Assembly (NCBI GenBank): GCA_964016885.1
Contig: OZ024750.1
Span: 44,020,001 to 44,084,000 of the forward strand
DNA length: 64,000 nucleotides
DNA from: Eledone cirrhosa
Lineage: Eukaryota
Direction: 5' to 3'
The position numbers were made by a program, and so were the translations under genes. The notes beneath the pieces are model-generated. The model did not search any database. It was not told where the DNA came from and was given only the letters and a program-made list of their open reading frames with translations. Numbering within the stretch: the first letter of the stretch is position 1; the number at the start of each line of letters is the position of its first letter. This document shows positions 27,343-42,914 of this stretch, in pieces.

Positions 27343-27735
27343 ACATTGAATTATGATATTTATAAAGACACTTTTTTCGGGGATGTGTGCGAAAAGGCGC
27401 CTCCTCCCTATTGAGGATTTTGTTTTTCAATTTATTTTTGTTATATTTTATATTTTATATTTTTATATTTTGTTATTGCCTCCTCCTTATTGAGGACGCC
27501 TTGTTATGTAAACTCCGCCATTGTACTTGTCCTACTCTTTGATGCCCTGGTGGCAAATACAAAGAAAGTTATCTATCTTTATTTATTTATTTCTCTCAGT
27601 GTCTCTCTCTCTTTCTCTCTCCATCTCTCTCTATATATATATACATATGTAATCATCAACACCTAGGAGAAACTAGGACAGGCTTATCCTCAAGATGTTA
27701 CGACGTAACAACTGCTTATAACCAACATTCTTCTG

Positions 27736-28306
<571 letters not shown>

Positions 28307-28315
28307 GTATATATA

Positions 28316-28420
28316 TAGGAAAAAGTATGACACCGACGGCAGAGCTGAAGCCGTTTCGACGTATTGAGGACTCTGGTGCGTTATGGTCCATGTGGTTCCT
28401 TACCACAATTCCTTCGTTAT
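28316..28420. mobile_element. Family I element, non-palindromic junction variant
   Basis: Inverted pseudo-LTR end (to ttcgac) fused directly to the tail (gtattgag...ttcgtt). Confidence 0.75.
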
Positions 28421-28706
28421 ATATATATGTATATATAAATAAATACAATATCGGAGAACGCTTTTTAGCGATACTCCGGCCAAATTCCAACTCACTCAAC
28501 AAACATTAGGAAATAAGTGATTATATTCCCAATTATACGTTCGGGGTGCTAACTAAAAGTATTGCATGGAAAATCGGCTGTATTATTTCATATGAGACAT
28601 ATCTAATAATTCTCTTCCCATATGTATATATATGTATATATATATATTTATATAGTGTACCGATTGTGTTGTTATTTCTGTTTACCTTTTACATACATAC
28701 ACACAC

Positions 28707-28830
<124 letters not shown>

Positions 28831-28900
28831 GGTGCGTTGCGTAACATCTGCAGTTTTTCAGTAAATGAAATAATCAAACTTTACATTTATTCTTATTTAC

Positions 28901-28980
<80 letters not shown>

Positions 28981-29278
28981 AAATGTGGAGATAAATAAAT
29001 GCCATTGTTAAATAATAAATAAATCAACTAATACCTTAACACTTCACACAATGTAAAACATTTCGTTTTAATCATTTTCTAACCCAGAAAAAAAGAGAGA
29101 GAAAAAAAATGAAAAAAAAAATGTTTCTTCCTCATAATCGTCTCTTTCTCTCTGTTTTATATATATATATATAATTATATTGTGTTGTTTATTATGTAAT
29201 TTAAATAGCTCTGTACTATACATGGAGGACTCTTCTTTCTTTTACCTTTTCTACGGTAATACATATCACATTTATGTT

Positions 29279-29314
<36 letters not shown>

Positions 29315-29511
29315 CTTGCATCCATGCATACATACCTACATATATTCCTTCTCCCTTTCTCCCTCACTAACTTCATATTTACCTCCATTCCTACGTAACA
29401 ATATACATACAAACTTTTACATATATTTATCAGACTAAAATCAAGTGTAAAGGTATTGTGTTGAGCAACGGAAAGACAAGGTAACCAGTTTGAGTGAGTA
29501 TTTTACACGGG

Positions 29512-30075
29512 CAGCAACAACAAAACCACCACCAACAACGACAACAACAACAACACCAACAATAACAACACCAAACAGCGACAACACCAACAACGACCAC
29601 AATAACAAAACGACAACGACAACACCAACAACAACAATGACAACAATAACAACAACAACAACGATAACAACAACAGCAATAACAACAACAACAATAACAA
29701 CACCAACAACAACAACAATGACAACGGCCACAGCAACAACAACGACGACAACAGCAACAACAACACCAACGACAACAACAAACACCGACAACAACAACAA
29801 TGACAACGATCACAACAACAACACCAACAACAACAAAACCACCACCAACAACACAACCACCACCAACAACGACAACACCAACACCACCAACACCAACAAC
29901 AGCAACACAACCACCAACAACAACACCAACAACAACACCAACAACACCAACACCAACAACAACACAACCACCACCAACAACAACACCAACAACACCAACA
30001 CCAACACAACCACCACCAACAACACCAACAACACCACCACCACCAACAACAACAACAACAACAACGACAACAATA
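29512..30075. repeat. (AAC/ACC)n low-complexity triplet tract
   Basis: Directly visible. Confidence 0.9.
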
Positions 30076-30595
30076 AAAACCGAGCAACGTGCAATATACG
30101 AATGTATACGTAAATGAACGAGCGACGACAGAACGGCTTAGAGTTATCGAGTAAAAAAGATGTAACCGTCATTTGTCAGCTGTTCGCCCAGATGTCATGT
30201 GACGACCGACCTTTCACAATGTTAAGGGTTAAACGGTTTACCTTCCATGACAGTTGAATGTGAAAGGCGACAAGCAATGGCTGCTCTATCTGCAATATGA
30301 AATTAAGTGGTTTCATTGTAGATGGGAGCCAAGGAGATAAGTTTCAATGAACAATTACAGATGCCATCTACCAAAGAAAACATGTCCTCGGTTTTTCATT
30401 TCGTTAGTTTGATTGTTTTTAACGTTTTTGAATTTTTAAAAATATTTTCTTTTTATTTCCTAATAATATATTTAATATTCAATATGTCTTCCCTTTTTTT
30501 AATCTGTTTTATACCACATCACAGAGTGATAATATTTACGTATCTCACATTCAAAGACTCTTTGTGTGTGTCTGTTTATATGTGTATATATATAC

Positions 30596-30687
<92 letters not shown>

Positions 30688-30690
<3 letters not shown>

Positions 30691-30820
30691 GAGGGTGTGG
30701 TAACCAGGTGGACCGTAACGCACCAGAGTACTCAATACTTAGGGTAGTAAACCTAAGTATTGAGTACTCTGGTGGGAACAGCCGCAGCTCAGCCGTCGGG
30801 ATCCTGACTCTTTTCCTATA
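30688..30820. mobile_element. Family I element, three-piece junction variant
   Basis: Tail (minus), short foldback cctaagtattgagtactctggtg, then pseudo-LTR end (plus). Confidence 0.75.
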
Positions 30821-30825
30821 TATAT

Positions 30826-30895
<70 letters not shown>

Positions 30896-30898
<3 letters not shown>

Positions 30899-31215
30899 TA
30901 GAAGGGATATTTAATTTGTTGGAAATCCAACAAATATAAATGTTTATAACTGATTCAGAGCACTCGACAGTTTTCTGGAGTAAATATTCGATGATATTGA
31001 ATAAATGGAAACTATATTTATAAAACCAGTTGAATATTCCCAGGGAATATTCAACTGATAAGGTATGATTATCCTTGGCTATGTCAACATTTATAAAACA
31101 CTCTTTGTATTTTATCTGATGAAAGCGTACCAAAGTTTTTTTGGTACCCTTGAAATATATATAATAGAATAAATATGGTTTTATAAATATAGTTTCCATT
31201 TATATAATATCATTG
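30896..31215. mobile_element. Family E foldback HHR element
   Basis: Tail on left, arms ~30989-31029 and ~31176-31215, hairpin cagttgaatattccc-a-gggaatattcaactg at the inversion junction. Confidence 0.8.
31108..31171 (+). ncRNA. Minimal type-I hammerhead ribozyme motif
   Basis: tattttat-ctgatga-aagcgtaccaaa...tttggtaccctt-gaaa-tatata-ta-atagaata. Confidence 0.8.
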
Positions 31216-31242
31216 TATATATATATATATATATATACATAC

Positions 31243-31582
<340 letters not shown>

Positions 31583-31597
31583 ATGTATGTGTGTTAT

Positions 31598-31871
31598 AGC
31601 TACTGTCGCTCAGAGAGTGGGATTGGCTCAGTGCACATTCTTTCCTCACTTTAAAAAAATATCTTCATACAGGCATTGCACGATAGAATTAATTAATTAT
31701 TTCTACTTTAGGCACAAGGCCAACAATTACTCAGTATATTACTGGTACTTTATTTTATCGACCCCGTAAGGATGAAAGGCAAAGTTAACCTCGGCTAGAA
31801 TTAATTAATAATTATTAATAATAGTATATCAGCAATGGTCATACTCGATAACGAGGGGACAGCCATCATGC
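31598..31871 (+). mobile_element. RTE-type 3' end interrupted by a truncated SINE S1 (31699-31795, minus)
   Basis: 14-bp TSD tagaattaattaat at 31684-31697 and 31796-31809; uninterrupted relative at 11160-11290. Confidence 0.7.
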
Positions 31872-32249
31872 TACAGGTAAACGCTATTGAGTATTGAACC
31901 ATCATTGTAAACTTTTGTCGTAGGAAGAAAACCGTAATATGCCAGCAAGTTTTAACAGCGCCACCTGGGATATTATCAAAAGTTTAAACCTAATATCAAA
32001 AAATATAGCAAAAACAGTAGAAACGTAGCTACATAACCAAAAGGTACAAATGTTAATATAGGAAATATAAATATCACAAATTAACTAAAATAGTAATTTG
32101 TCGAAATACGGTTTTGGTATTTTAATGAGAAAGAATATGCAAGAATCTCATAAAATACTTATTTCTTACTGAAACGTGGACATTTTATTCTTAATTAGAG
32201 TTTATCTCTACATACTTTACATTTCTTAGGCATTATTACAATTACTACT

Positions 32250-33742
32250 GTTGTAGTCGTTGTTGTTATTGTCATTGTGGCGGTGGCGGTGGTGATGGTG
32301 GTGATGGTGGTGGTGATGGTGGTGATGGTGTTGTTGATGTTGTCGGTGGTAGTGGTGGTAGTGGTGGTAGTGGTGGTAGTGGTGGTGGTGATGGTGGTGA
32401 TGGTGTTGTTGATGTTGTCGGTGGTAGTGGTGGTAGTGGTTGTAGTGGTGATGATGGTGATGGTGGTGGTGGTGGTGGTGGTGATGGTGTTGTTGATGTT
32501 GTTGGTGGTAGTGGTGTTAGTGGTGGTGGTGATGGTGATGGTGGCGGTGGTGATAGTAGTGTTGATGTTGTTGGTGGTAGTGGTGGTAGTGGTGATAGTG
32601 GTGGTGGTGATGGTGTTGTTGATGTTGTTGGTGGTAGTGATGGTAGTGGTGGTAGTGGTGTTGTTGATGGTGTTGGTGGTGTTGGTGGTAGTGGTGGTAG
32701 TGGTGTTGTTGATGTTGTTGGTGGTAGTGGTGGTAGTGGTGATAGTGGTGATGGTGATGGTGTTGTTGATGTTGTTGGTGGTAGTGATGGTAGTGGTGGT
32801 AGTGGTGTTGTTGATGGTGTTGGTGGTAGTGGTGGTAGTGGTGGTAGTGGTGGTAGTGGTGGTGTTGTTGATGTTGTCGGAGGTAGTGGTGGTAGTGGTG
32901 GTGGTGATGGTGTTGTTGATGTTGTCGGTGGTAGTCGTGGTAGTGGTGGTAGTGGTGGTAGTGGTGGTAGTGGTGGTAGTGGTGGTGGTGATGGTGTTGT
33001 TGATGTTGTCGGTGGTAGTGATGGTAGTGGTGGTAGTGGTGTTGTTGATGGTGTTGGTGGTAGTCGTGGTAGTGGTGGTAGTGGTGGTAGTGGTGGTAGT
33101 GGTGGTAGTGGTGGTAGTGGTGATAGTGGTGGTGGTGATGGTGTTGTTGATGTTGTCGGTGGTAGTGGTGGTAGTGGTGGTAGTGGTGGTAGTGGTGGTA
33201 GTTGTGGTAGTGGTGATGGTGTTGTTGATGTTGTTGGTGGTAGTGGTGGTAGTGGTGGTAGTGGTGGTAGTGGTGGTAGTGGTGGTAGTGGTGGTGGTGA
33301 TGGTGTTGTTGATGTTGTCGGTGGTAGTGGTGGTAGTGGTGGTAGTGGTGGTAGTGGTGGTGGTGATGGTGTTGTTGATGTTGTCGGTGGTAGTGGTGGT
33401 AGTGGTGGTAGTGGTGGTAGTGGTGGTAGTTGTGGTAGTGGTGATGGTGTTGTTGATGTTGTTGGTGGTAGTGGTGGTAGTGGTGGTAGTGGTGATGGTG
33501 GTGGTAGTGGTGGTGATAGTGATGGGGGAGTGGTGGTGGTGTTGTTGATGGTGTTGCTGGTAGTGGTGGTGGTGTTGTTGATGTTGTCGGTGGTAGTGGT
33601 GGTAGTGGTGGTAGTGGTGGTAGTGGTGGTAGTGATGGTGATGGTGGGGTGTGGTGTTGTTGATGGTGTTGGTGGTAGTGGTGGTAGTGGTGGTAGTGGT
33701 GATGGTGGTGGTGGTGTTGTTGATGGTGTTGGTGTTGGTGTT
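32250..33742. repeat. (GGT/AGT/GTT)n triplet-derived tandem tract
   Basis: Recurrent ggtgttgttgatgttgtc motif alternating with (ggtggtagt)n. Confidence 0.9.
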
Positions 33743-33896
33743 ACATATATCGGTGCCAATTGCTTTGGAAGTCAGTTGTTACTAAAAGAGAGATTCTGAA
33801 CGCTAAAGGTGATTAATTTAGCGTCATCTTGTTTCTCTGCCACACCTATTCAACACCTGTCTCAGTGGGAACTTGAGTAATTAGGATGGATCCATG

Positions 33897-33962
<66 letters not shown>

Positions 33963-33973
33963 CATATATACTC

Positions 33974-34036
<63 letters not shown>

Positions 34037-34097
34037 CACACACACACATATATATATGTATATATATATATAAATATATATATATATGTATATAAAT

Positions 34098-34149
<52 letters not shown>

Positions 34150-34349
34150 GTATACATACATAACATATATATTTATATATGTTGCTCTATATATATATAC
34201 AAGTATGTTTGTATATACGTTTATATATATATGTATGTATATATATATATATATATATATATAATGGAAAATTTGAACAGGAACAAAACAGAGAGGCAGT
34301 ACAACGAATGTTTATTAATTTCACGCTCTTGAGAGAGGGGTGGGGTGGG

Positions 34350-34396
<47 letters not shown>

Positions 34397-34980
34397 ATGT
34401 ATGTCTGTGTGAAACATAATTCTGTGTTCAAGTCCTGATTATGTCAATAGGACCCTTCAAATACTCTACGACGTCAAGAACCTTAGTAAATATAATAGAC
34501 TAGTCCAATCAAAGCAGCGTGCTATAATGGGTGCAGTTCGATGACAGAAATTTGTAAAAGGATATTTTTAAAAATAACAACATGCAGATATTCACACATC
34601 TTTCTAACTCTTGATCGTTGATCATTGATCGATACATATCTTTCTAACTCTTGATCATTGATCTGTGGCTTTCTGGGGGGTGTTTGCCTAGATTTGCTAC
34701 AATTCGGTAAAGTATAGACGGTCATATTTGATTTGTTACTAAATATCGGATTTTTTGATTTTTGTAATATTTACAATTTTGATATTTTCCCAACAACATT
34801 TGCTTCACCTCTGTGATATATCGCAGGTTTAACCTCATCACATGTTTCAACTTTAGAGACTTATCTTCACACTTCTCCCTCCTTATTACATTTTACTCAT
34901 CTAAAATTAGTACACAGAAGAGAGGCAAATTGCTCGAAATATACTAACATAACAAATGTGTAAAAACTCTCTTTCTCTCT

Positions 34981-35082
<102 letters not shown>

Positions 35083-35244
35083 TATGAATGTGAGTATATA
35101 TATGTGTGCGTGATGGGTGTATTTAAGAGAGCGTCTGCGTGTTTAGTGTATTATTACAAAACGCAATAACACACAAACATAACCACAATTGTGTAGAATA
35201 TGTACATATACATATAATACATGTTCCACACACACACACACACA

Positions 35245-35317
<73 letters not shown>

Positions 35318-35320
<3 letters not shown>

Positions 35321-35511
35321 CAACGAGTAGGACCCCGACGGATGAGCTCAAGCCGTCTCGACGGCTAATTCAGTCCAGAATTAGCCATCGAAATTGCTTG
35401 AGCTCAGCCGTCGGGGTCCTACTCGTTCCTATTACCCACTCTACTACCCTAAGTATTGAGTACTTTGGTGCGTTATGGTCCACCTGGTTCCTTACCACAT
35501 TTCCTTCGTTA

Positions 35512-35512
<1 letters not shown>
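35318..35512 (+). mobile_element. Family I foldback mini-element
   Basis: Palindrome with centre gacggctaattc-agtcca-gaattagccatc plus tail. Confidence 0.8.
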
Positions 35513-35604
<92 letters not shown>

Positions 35605-36150
35605 GAAAAGTATGTTTCTAGTTGCGTGTATATATATATATTATAAACAAAGACGTTGTCCATTTTTCTATCTATATAAAGTTTATATTTTGTTACTTTC
35701 ACCTATTTTAACATCGAGGTTGGGGAGAAGGGTGAGTGGGTGACTTAAACTGCCCCTCACCCTCTTTTGTAATTATCTTAATTACATTTATTTATTATTT
35801 TCGTCATTTCTTAAAATATTATTTCTAGTTTCACTTTCGAAAATCCGTTTCATTCCTAATCACAAAACACGCCAAATATTAGGAATCTCATGTCGTTGTT
35901 TGTGTTGTATTGTTGCTTGTTTCCTCTTCCGTTTTTACTGTGTTTCCGTTTCTGTTACACACACACATACACACACACCTACACACACACATACATACAT
36001 ACACACACATACACACACATACACACACATACACACATATATATAATTATATATGTATACATGCATACTCACAAATATATATATATACATACATATATAT
36101 ATATGTATATATATATGTATATATATATGTAATAATAACAAATACATATA

Positions 36151-36192
<42 letters not shown>

Positions 36193-36320
36193 TATATGTA
36201 TATATATATGTATATATATATACATATATATATGTATATATATATGTATATATATATACATATATATATATATACATATATATATGTATATATATATGTA
36301 TATATATACATATATATATG

Positions 36321-36367
<47 letters not shown>

Positions 36368-36491
36368 GTACATTTACATTAATACACCCACTCACACACA
36401 CTCAAACACACATAAACCCACTCACAAACGCGTGCGCACACACACACACACACATACACACACACACACACAAATGCACACACACACATAG

Positions 36492-36529
<38 letters not shown>

Positions 36530-36768
36530 GTTCCATATTTATCTCTTTTAAAAACATATACATATTGCTCACACACACATAATATAATTTTCCCCTGAAA
36601 TTTACGTAAAAGACTTAATTTCTTGGAGTTGTGAAAAACAAATCCTGGGAGGTGTGGAATTAGTCACTGCCAGGTCACAGTAAGATTCCAATCGGAAAAT
36701 GGCGAACTTCTAAAGAATGGAATATTTCCCACATGTCAAAATGTTTACCTATCAGGTAAGTTTTATAT

Positions 36769-36817
<49 letters not shown>

Positions 36818-36840
36818 CACACACACACACACGATACACA

Positions 36841-36881
<41 letters not shown>

Positions 36882-36935
36882 CATAGTTGAAATTGAACGA
36901 ACAAAACACAGGAGGCAATTGTATATGTATATATA

Positions 36936-36996
<61 letters not shown>

Positions 36997-37105
36997 CACT
37001 AATTAGAATAACATTGTGCACATATACATAAATATATATATATGTATATATATATAAACTACTATATATATTTTTATATACTAATTAGAAGAAAAATGTA
37101 CATAT

Positions 37106-37149
<44 letters not shown>

Positions 37150-37163
37150 CTCTCTCTCTCTCC

Positions 37164-37221
<58 letters not shown>

Positions 37222-37348
37222 CTATATTTATATTTATACACTAATTAGGGGAAAATTGTATTACTACTTTGTTTAGTTCAACTTACTTCATTACTTCCAG
37301 AATGTTGAGAGTTGGTGGCCGGTATGTCTTCACTAATTATATTTTCAC

Positions 37349-37403
<55 letters not shown>

Positions 37404-37691
37404 GTATAATTGCATAAATGTATGTATGGGTGTAGATATGTTGACACCTTATATGTATGCATATGTGTGAAGATTTAGTTATGTGTATATAATACATAAT
37501 TGAGAATAAGTAATTTTTACACAAACGAACGTAGGCACTCATGCACATAGACAGAGATACATATACTCCCACTGATTTCGGTTTGGTTAGTACCCTTATG
37601 ATACTGGCTTCATTAAACCATTGCGTGAGTGGGAAAACGACCGAAGGCATTTCGGCCATATCCGATGATTTTGTTTCAGCATTATTATTTG

Positions 37692-38098
37692 TGGGTGATG
37701 TGGCAGTATCAGTAGAGGGTCGGACGCCATGCTTTCCAACATAGTTACGTCTCTTTACGATCTGAGTTCAAATCCCGCCGAGGTTGACTTTGCCTTTCAT
37801 CTTTACGGGGTCGATAAAATAAAGTACCAGTAATGCACTGGGTAATTGCTGGCCTTGTGCCTAAAGTAGAAACAATTATTTGTGGATTGGCAGTATCAGT
37901 AGAGATCGGATGCTATGCTTTGATGCATAGAGTTACGGCCCTTGCCATTCTGAGTTCAAATCCCGCCGAGGTTAATTTTGCCTTTCAACCTTACGGGGTC
38001 GATAAAATAAAGTACCAGTCACGCACTGGGGTCGATTTAATCGACTTTCCCCTCCCCCAAAATTGCTGGCCTTGTGCCTATATACGAAATCATTATTA
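37692..38098 (+). mobile_element. Two tandem SINE S1 copies (short and long subtype)
   Basis: Second copy has the extra ggggtcgatttaatcgactttcccctccccc segment. Confidence 0.9.
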
Positions 38099-38711
38099 TA
38101 GTGTCACATGACACTAAAAGTGGTGCTTGCTACCCTAATAGCGAGTTTAGAATAACTGATCTGTTCCGAAGAGGCTAGCTCCTTGCTGATGAAGCTGATC
38201 TTAGCCAGTTACGTAATGTTTTATAGCGTTACCTAATTTTCATTTCTTCTCTTTGGTGTCGATTCTTCTTTTATCTCTCTTTATCACACACTCTCTCTGT
38301 CCTGTCACTCATTCTCTGTTCCTCACTCTCACTCTCTCTGTTTCTCTCTGCAGAAATTGGTTATTCCTGACATGGTGTTGGATGGAGGGCACTAAGTTTA
38401 AAATATCCAAGTCATAGCGTGTGTTAGAACTCCACCCAAAGACTCTATCAGCTTTTAAAAGATCTTATTGTTTTCTTTCCTTATCTAGTTTGTTCTTTCA
38501 CTTATAAGATGGGATTTGAGGAAATGCGACCATTGTTTATAACAGTTGCAGTAACTGAGTAGTGTCTTTCGAATTGCAAAGCATTTCAATACTTGGCAAG
38601 ACTTGTATTCGCAATCGTCTTCCTTCGGTCACTACCCAAGAATCATTTAACATGGGTGCGAATACCGAATTGAAGATATTGCGTTTGGCCCTTTTTTTAT
38701 GATCGAGTGCT

Positions 38712-38899
38712 GGTGGATTGGCAGTATCGGTAGAGGGTCGGACGCCATGCTTTCCAGCATAGTTACGTCCCTTTACGATCTGAGTTCAAGTCCCGCCGAG
38801 GTTGACTTTGCCTTTCATCCTTACGGGTTCGATAAAATAAAGTACCAGTAATGCACTGGGTAATTGCTGTCCTTGTGCCTAAAGTAGAAACAATTATTA
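38712..38899 (+). mobile_element. SINE S1
   Basis: Full match. Confidence 0.9.
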
Positions 38900-39192
38900 C
38901 ACCAGTTCCTGCAATATAAGTAATTAATTGTGAACAATGGCGACAGCTTTTCAAACTCATTACTACACTGGATTTAAAGGGTTGCGGCATTTGTTCTAGC
39001 TCTGTACGTTATAAGTTTCGAATCCCTCTAAGGCCAAATTTACATATCATCATTTCAAGATTTATAATTAAATTGGTTCATTGCAAGAATTATCAGACGT
39101 GATTCCTTGCTGTATCTCTTTCATTTCAGGGCATTACGAGTTACAACCTTACTTCCTATCGCCATAAAATATTGGCCTGTTACGGCTGAAAT

Positions 39193-39236
<44 letters not shown>

Positions 39237-39239
<3 letters not shown>

Positions 39240-39756
39240 ATGAATATAAAATGAAAGTGCTTTTATAAAGGAATTTATTAGGTATTGACATATGTTTCTG
39301 TAACAGACGGAATATCTATGTATCGCTGCTTGCGTAATCATATAATGTTAGCAAGTATTCGATAGCAAATGTATAATCAGTTGTCACTTCTTCAGAGATA
39401 TTGGATAAATTGGAAAAAATCAGAAAAATTGAAGTACTAATATAATTACTTCAATTTTTCTGATTTTTTCCAATTTATCCAATATATCTGAAGAAGTGAC
39501 AACTGATTATACATTTGCTATCGAATACTTGTTAACATTATATGATTACGCAAGCAGCGATACATAGGTATTCCGTCTGTTAGAGAAACATATGTCAATA
39601 CCTAATAAATTCCTTTATAAAAGCACTTTCATTTTATATTCATCTTTTCTAAATTTTCTCCGGAATATAATTTATACTCGCTGAGCAAACCTACACGTAC
39701 GCTGTTCATCTCTAACGTGACGATTTATTATCACTACATTATTGATAACTTGAAAT

Positions 39757-39760
<4 letters not shown>
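39237..39760. mobile_element. (TA)n-flanked foldback with 200-bp arms plus tail; HHR-like motif with long stem II insert
   Basis: Arms 39237-39436 and 39447-39646; ctgaaga 39488-39494 ... gaaacatatgtc 39585-39596. Confidence 0.8.
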
Positions 39761-39836
<76 letters not shown>

Positions 39837-39902
39837 AATAATAATAAATGTGAAGACTAAATTCCAAAGAGGGCTCGATTCTTTGATTAAACTTTAATCT
39901 GT

Positions 39903-39966
<64 letters not shown>

Positions 39967-39969
<3 letters not shown>

Positions 39970-40185
39970 AATATAAATTAGCGAGAATCGTATTTCGGCT
40001 ATTGGAAATTAGCGAAAAACAACTTCCGAGATGTGTGGCAAGCGCTCAATAAATTCTAACGAACCAGAGCTACAACATACGTTAAAAGGCCAAACACACT
40101 GAGACGATGGTTAAACCATTATCCGCACAGCCATAGAAACGACCAAGTAATTCGGGTCAAACAAATAAAAAAATATGATTGAAAA

Positions 40186-40190
<5 letters not shown>
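39967..40190 (+). mobile_element. Family J fragment
   Basis: Similar to ~7190-7412; (TA)n on both sides. Confidence 0.6.
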
Positions 40191-40254
<64 letters not shown>

Positions 40255-40286
40255 TGTATTTACATATATATATATATATATATATA

Positions 40287-40344
<58 letters not shown>

Positions 40345-40374
40345 TATATATATATATATATATATGTAAATACA

Positions 40375-40406
<32 letters not shown>

Positions 40407-40418
40407 TGTATATATATA

Positions 40419-40494
<76 letters not shown>

Positions 40495-40583
40495 TATATA
40501 TATACAGTATATATACATTATATATATATATATACAGTATATATATACATTATATATATATATATATACAGTATATATATACA

Positions 40584-40619
<36 letters not shown>

Positions 40620-40632
40620 TATATATATACAG

Positions 40633-40672
<40 letters not shown>

Positions 40673-41408
40673 ATATATAGAGTATATATATATATATATA
40701 AATCAAATGACATACACGCAATGTTGTTCAATAAAATTTACAGCAAAATGAAAGCAGTGTTGGAAAGGACTATAAATGCCATAAATGAGAGTAAAAAGCA
40801 AGGACTATTAGGTGACAGGAGAAAGAGGAGAGGAATCCAGACACTACACTTAGGTCAGAGTGGTGTTTAGGCTACACTCCCTGCAAAGGCATTTCCACGG
40901 ACAATGACCAGCCACACCCGGTGCTATAGTCACCCCACCGCGTGGGGTTTCTTCCTCAGACGGGCTGCTCTTGTTCCCATTTTACGCAGGAGCTCCCTGA
41001 CCAGGCCATAAAATGAGCGGGTTGTGTTAAAAGTGCATCAAACTAGAAAGTTATGAATTAAATTTTTAATAAGCAATATAGTGATTTAGGAGAAGAACTG
41101 TCTCAGCTGAGATCCATGTCTCTGTGTATTACTGGTACACAACATCCCTTGACTCTGTGTATAAGAGACAGACAGCACCCAACAGCCACCGCAAACAGTT
41201 TAAATGAACCTAATTTCACATAGAAAGGTGGAATTGAGATTATGGTTATTAGCAATTTTCTCAAAGGTCACACAGGGAGATTGAACATGAGACCTCGCGA
41301 TTGTGAAGCTGAATTTTTAAGAGATTCAGACATGGTGCGGCTACATCATCATGCTGCTGCTGAAGAAGAAGAAGAAGAAGAAGAAGAAGAAGAAGAAGAA
41401 GAAGAAGA

Positions 41409-41592
41409 ATTGTTTCTACTTTTGGCATAAGGCCAGCAATTACCCAGTGTATTACTGGTAATTTATTTTATCGACCCCGTAAGGATGAAAGGCAAAGTTA
41501 ACCTCGGCGGGATTTGAACTCAGAATGGCAAGGGCCGTAATTCTATGCGTCAAAGCATGGCGTCCGACCCTCTCCCGATACTGCCAATCCAC
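41409..41592 (-). mobile_element. SINE S1 inserted in a (GAA)n tract
   Basis: Full match; gaagaat flanks both sides. Confidence 0.9.
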
Positions 41593-42009
41593 TGCCATAT
41601 GAGAAGAATAATAATAAGAAGAAGATAAAGAAAAATAGAAGAAAAAGAAGAAGAAAGAAAAGAAGATGAAGAATAATAATAAGAAAAATAGAAAAAAAAA
41701 ACAAGAACAAATAAAAAGAAGAAAGACAAAAACAACAACGAAGATGATCATGTCGACAACAACATCAACAACAATCTCCCTCTATTTATCACCTCTCAGT
41801 TATACACAACAACAACAACTAAAAAATCTTTAGTTTTATATTTCCTCTTCATTTTCTCAAAGCCAATGAGACGCCATTATAACTCTTGCTTTATAATAAA
41901 TCTAAACTTCTTATTTCAAACGATTAGACCACAATGTCATAGTTATGTTCTCCATAACTCCTATATATATATAGGTGTATGTGTGTATATATATATATAT
42001 ACATATATA

Positions 42010-42063
<54 letters not shown>

Positions 42064-42197
42064 CATATATATGTATGTGTGTGTGTGTATATGTAAATAA
42101 ATATATATATATATATGTGTGTGTATATATATATACATATATATATATGTATGTGTGTGTGTATATGTAAATAAATATATATATATATGAGTATATG

Positions 42198-42252
<55 letters not shown>

Positions 42253-42443
42253 ATATGTAAATAAATATATATATATACAACCACTATATATATATATATA
42301 TATAACCACTATATATATATATATAACTACTATATATATATATATTATATAACCACTATATATATAACTACTATATATATATATATATTATATAACCACT
42401 ATATATATAACTACTATATATATATATATATATATTATATAAC

Positions 42444-42517
<74 letters not shown>

Positions 42518-42869
42518 ATATATAGTTTTACTAAGAAAGAAGATAAAATCTATTTTCAATCTACTCATACATACATCACTATTTTACAATATTATATTTA
42601 TATTATGTATTCTATCATTAATAATATTATTATTCTAGTTATTAGTTTTAACTAATGTACTTCTTTCTTCCTTATTTTACTCTTCTATTGTTGTCATATT
42701 CTGTTTCGTAATGAAAACTTTAAACTTCTAGAACAATACCGTGTTGTTATGTTCTGCTTTAATAAGCTCTAATAAGGTATGATATAATATAGAAAGAATA
42801 GAGACAAAGGCAAAATAGAAACTGTATATTTAGTATATCAAAGTTTGTGTAACAGAAAATATAAATATA

Positions 42870-42905
<36 letters not shown>

Positions 42906-42914
42906 TGTATGTAT

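Noticed and set aside
32272-33759. Proline-rich 495-aa ORF; also triplet ORFs at 29.4-30.2, 47.5-48.3, 53.9-54.4 and 59.6-60.6 kb
   Set aside because: Triplet microsatellite expansions open in multiple frames; no domain or splice evidence.
40853-41010. GC-rich segment as structured ncRNA or ribozyme
   Set aside because: Single copy in window; I could not build an HDV or HHR fold; likely a LINE UTR remnant.
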